Below, one piece after another: positions 63,210-64,000 of a stretch of 64,000 nucleotides of DNA; position 1 is the first letter of the stretch, and every line of letters starts with the position of its first letter. Position numbers and translations under genes: made by a program. The DNA comes from Lama guanicoe. Its lineage: Eukaryota. The stretch lies in the NCBI GenBank assembly GCA_013239625.1, contig MU053482.1:3619922-3683921 (forward strand). Reading direction: 5' to 3'. The notes under the pieces were generated by a model. That model did no database searches and was not told where the DNA came from. It saw only the letters and a program-made list of their open reading frames with translations.

Positions 63210-63415
63210 CAGTTGTCCCTCAGCATCCATGGAGAATCAGTTCCAGAAGCTCCCGCAGACACCAAAATCCACGAATGCTCAAGTCATTCATATAAACTGG
63301 TGCAGTACAATGAACACAGTTGGCCCTCCATATCCACAGGCTTCGCCTCCATGGATTCATCCAATGTGGGAATCCAACAGTTGGTTGAATCTACACATAG
63401 GGAAGGCCCAATTAC
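63210..63415 (+). mobile_element. Tigger2/MER2-family TcMar DNA transposon derivative, adjoining a MIR (~63040-63209)
   Basis: cagttgtccctcagcatccatgg...gacaccaaaatccacgaatgctcaagtc...cagttggccctccatatcc...ttggttgaatct. Confidence 0.8.
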
Positions 63416-64000
63416 ATATACAAAGTCTCCGGTGTCAGTCCTTCGAAATACAGAATTTTTGGCTTGAAACTCATCTCAGCTTCTGCCAGGACTAAGATGC
63501 ATTTAGAGATTTACCCCTGCACAGATTGGAATTGTGTCATTTTCCTTCCAAGACAAAGAAGCTACAATTGGTCTTGGTTTTAAATACTCTTCTCTTCTCT
63601 GCTACCCATGAGAAGCCCCAAGAACTCTGCCAGGTCAGTCCTCTTGAGGACCAAGAGGCCGAAGGAGGGATAGGAAAGAACAGTCCTCCTATTAAAGCTG
63701 GACCCTGCGAGGCCTTCCACAGACGACTTCCTGGGAGGAGTTGATCTGTTCCGAGGTTTTCTGATATAAGAAACTGAAAACCCAACCTGAAGGCCTTAAA
63801 CACCAGGGCAACTTAACGGTTCATGAAATCTAAAGTTCAGAGGCAGGGTGGGCTTCTAGCAAGGGTTGTTTAGAGGATCCCAGTATTTGGGGGGCTACAT
63901 CTCTGTTTGTCTGTGAGTCTCTCCCCTCCCCCTCCCATCAGCTTTTTCCAAACTGGCCTTTTCCTGGGGTAGCTGGATGGCTGCAGGCAGCTGCCGGGAG

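Overview
Mammalian genomic DNA, most likely camelid (alpaca/llama/camel). That call rests on two tRNA-Ala-derived vic-1-type SINEs, the young L1 3' ends, and no recognisable Alu, Bov-tA/Bov-A2, PRE1 or SINEC copies. I found no host protein-coding exon, true RNA gene or CRISPR array. The only protein-like ORFs are broken LINE-1 ORF2 (reverse transcriptase) fragments, so the window looks intergenic or deep intronic. It is rich in transposable elements: L1s of several ages (many with visible target-site duplications, TSDs), MIR and L2 relics, MaLR/ERVL solo LTRs, and hAT/Tigger DNA-transposon derivatives. I cannot support a new biological system here. The most notable observations are: (1) a 58-nt segment inserted in an old L1 that looks like a templated copy of unique sequence 1.8 kb downstream; (2) a multi-layer retrotransposon nest with the same 11-bp target site present three times; (3) a compact cluster of two perfect heat-shock elements with AP-1, STAT6 and forkhead motifs; (4) a MER53 hairpin resembling miR-1302; (5) an apparent fusion of an L1 5'UTR to late ORF2. 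Repeat family names come from recalled consensus sequences, not a database search. Boundaries without a TSD are approximate.
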